A stretch of 63,946 bases of DNA, the filler included, from Octopus bimaculoides (Eukaryota): NCBI RefSeq assembly GCF_001194135.2. It is 8 parts of 7 records of this genome, joined end to end, with 100 filler letters (N's around TTAATTAATTAA, not from the genome) between each part and the next. Parts side by side here need not be neighbours in the genome. Positions count along the whole stretch, not along the records: positions 59,919 to 62,846 come from NC_069002.1; positions 62,947 to 63,946 come from NW_026421307.1; 6 more parts are not named here. One strand, 5' to 3'. The notes under the pieces were generated by a model that was given only the letters and a program-made list of their open reading frames with translations, was not told where the DNA came from and did not search any database. This document shows, in pieces, positions 61,640-63,946 of this stretch. Position numbers and translations under genes: made by a program. Within the stretch, counting starts at the first letter, position 1; the number at the start of each line of letters is the position of its first letter.

Positions 61640-62408
61640 TTTATTTTTATTGTTGTTGTTGTTGTTGTTGTTATTATTATTATTATTGTTAATGTTGTTG
61701 TTGCTGTTGTTGTTGGCACTAGTTGGACTCATGGAAATTCCACAGAATGAAAAAGATTAAGAGAAGTTATTTAAGAAAGAAAGGGCAATTTGCATATTAA
61801 TTTTTAATTTGCTAAGTTATTTCACTTCCAGTCAGAATAATATAATATATGATTTTGAAATGTTCCTTAGTTTAAGCATTTTATATTTTACTCTTTCCCT
61901 CTACCGCTTTAACGAACATTTTAGCCATGTAATTCCTCTCTTCTTGTCTTTAACCTTTCTCTTTTTCTCTTCTCCTTTCACTCCCACAAACCAAATGAGT
62001 GACAGCATAACGCATCGGCTGGTTATCTGCCCTCTCATTCCCTCTCACATTCCCTCTTTTTCTCTCTCACTCTTCCTCCTCTTCTTTAACAAACTAAAGC
62101 GTAAACTGTGAACAAACATGTAGAAGAAGAATATTATAGATCTATCAACACGCCGCCGCCGCCGCCGCCACTACAACCAAGAACCATTTGAATGGGATGG
62201 GCTAATCGACCAGAAGAAAAATTCTAACTGGATCCCACCTGCTAGGTCATGCGCTGTTTATCTTGATATGAGATCACTACGTCGCGCTCATATGATTGTG
62301 ATGCATGAGCCAGGTGTACCCTTATCAAACGGGTGGTCATGATGGGTATACTGGGCTTCGTATATTTACCTCAGTGTCAGTTTTATGGTATGCACTGCTC
62401 TCTCACTC

Positions 62409-62446
<38 letters not shown>

Positions 62447-63901
62447 CAGAGTGGTTACCAAATATTAAATATTATATGAGCTCCCAGAATTCCAATGATT
62501 TCTAAGTCGAACGAAGTGTGGGATAAAATCACAGTTGAGTTTAGGACATCAAATAGTCCAAGAATTCCAACAACTGTCTCACTTTTCAGTGAGACTGTAT
62601 TGAGTTCTAAGAAGATTAGAAGTTGATTGCATCAAGGGCAATTTCACAACGTTATGTGTGTGTATTTGTGTGCGTGTGTGAGCGAATTCGCATATGAGTA
62701 CAGGCTAGGTGGCTTGTGGCATCAATGCACGAAACTCTCGGATATAGAATAATTTGTATAGATTTATTACAACGTATTTAAATGTGTAGGTTTACAAATA
62801 GACATACACGTATATATACATATAAATAAAAAGTATATGTATATATNNNNNNNNNNNNNNNNNNNNNNNNNNNNNNNNNNNNNNNNNNNNTTAATTAATT
62901 AANNNNNNNNNNNNNNNNNNNNNNNNNNNNNNNNNNNNNNNNNNNNATATATAGATATACATATACATATATATACATATATATATACATATATATTCAA
63001 GAAAAGAGAGAGACAATTGAATTAATATTTATTTATTAAATACAATATAGGACATCATCTTCCTATTCAATACTTTTAGAAATTAATTAGTATAATTAAA
63101 AACATTTTAAAGCTGAATTTAATCGAAGGTGGCTAAAGATATACCATTACATTTTCATGTTCCACTGTGTTGAGATTACAGCTCTAAACTGTTAACTGAA
63201 AATTCTTACATAGAGGGAACATGGTATGAAACCTGAAAAAGGGAGGAAGGTAGTATGTTTCTCGAAGTTATTATAGAAAAAATTAAGAAAATAAAAATAA
63301 AAACGAAGAATAGGATATGGTATTAAAGCAATATATCTCTCTAGAGCATTAAATAAAAGAAATTGTGAAAGTGGCCATAAGAATGTAATAATAGTATGTA
63401 ATAAATAGTTATTAATATTACAGATAAGTCGTATTTTAATTAATATTATAGTGAACTGATAGAAGAGCATTCTTTTAGGTGCATCATAATATAATACAAA
63501 TAAAATAGAGATGAAATAATAATACAAGAAGCTTAAAATAAAGTAATAGCATAATGAAAAATATGGAAGAGAGTATTGCGTAGGCAGGTGAAAATTTGTT
63601 TATATGCAAGTATATACATAAACATAAGGCAACACTCATATGTACAAAAAACTAAATAATCAATTATAGACTAAAGACGTGCTAGAATGTTTTGTGTGAA
63701 ATTAATACCTAAGGTATAAAGTAACCCAAAAGAAAGAACTTAAGATTATATAAATTAATGTTAAATTTAATTAGTATATATTATTATTATATACGGTCGC
63801 GTTTAGTTATTCATTCAGTTCAATGGCGTTTAATCGAGATAGAATTAGTTACTGGACAGTAATGGGAAGTAAAAATAAATAGAATAAAATATTTTAATGT
63901 A

Positions 63902-63946
63902 GGCGCAGGAGTGGCTGTGTGGTAAGTAGCTTACTTACCAACCACA
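63902..63946 (+). mobile_element. SINE family A head (window edge)
   Basis: GGCGCAGGAGTGGCTGTGTGGTAAGTAGCTT. Confidence 0.85.

Noticed and set aside
256-63527. Most ORFs in the supplied track (YI, CV, HT, ER, SL, poly-X)
   Set aside because: They are translations of (TA)n, (TG)n, (GA)n, (TATG)n and N runs, with no protein-like composition.

Overview
This is AT-rich, microsatellite-dense animal DNA with many N gaps. It is most likely an octopus (coleoid cephalopod) draft assembly, an inference from its tRNA-derived SINE families and repeat landscape. It is not one locus. Seven artificial 100-bp spacers (44 N + TTAATTAATTAA + 44 N) join eight unrelated scaffold pieces. I found no intact protein-coding gene, and almost every ORF in the supplied track is a microsatellite or N-run artefact. 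The window is a transposon graveyard. Autonomous-type remnants include Ty3/Gypsy, RTE, CR1/L2-like, R4/HERO-like, Penelope-like, Tc1/mariner, hAT (Buster/Charlie) and Helitron. Non-autonomous elements include hAT-, piggyBac-, pogo-, mariner- and Merlin-type MITEs and at least four SINE families. The most interesting signal is non-coding. Three well-formed type I hammerhead ribozyme motifs (2931-2991 +, 41383-41470 -, 53992-54059 -) and three degenerate ones (22529-22564, 34885-34920, 60011-60050) occur in about five unrelated sequence contexts. Their helix III is palindromic (intact or one change away), the dimer-type architecture known from Penelope-like pseudo-LTRs and metazoan retrozymes. 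One sits inside a ~375-bp near-perfect palindrome. Also notable: a CR1/L2-like LINE 3' end that matches the tail of the dominant SINE (candidate partner LINE), a 5'-inverted RTE with nested insertions, and a Merlin-like MITE with an 8-bp TSD. All calls were made by eye, without database searches.
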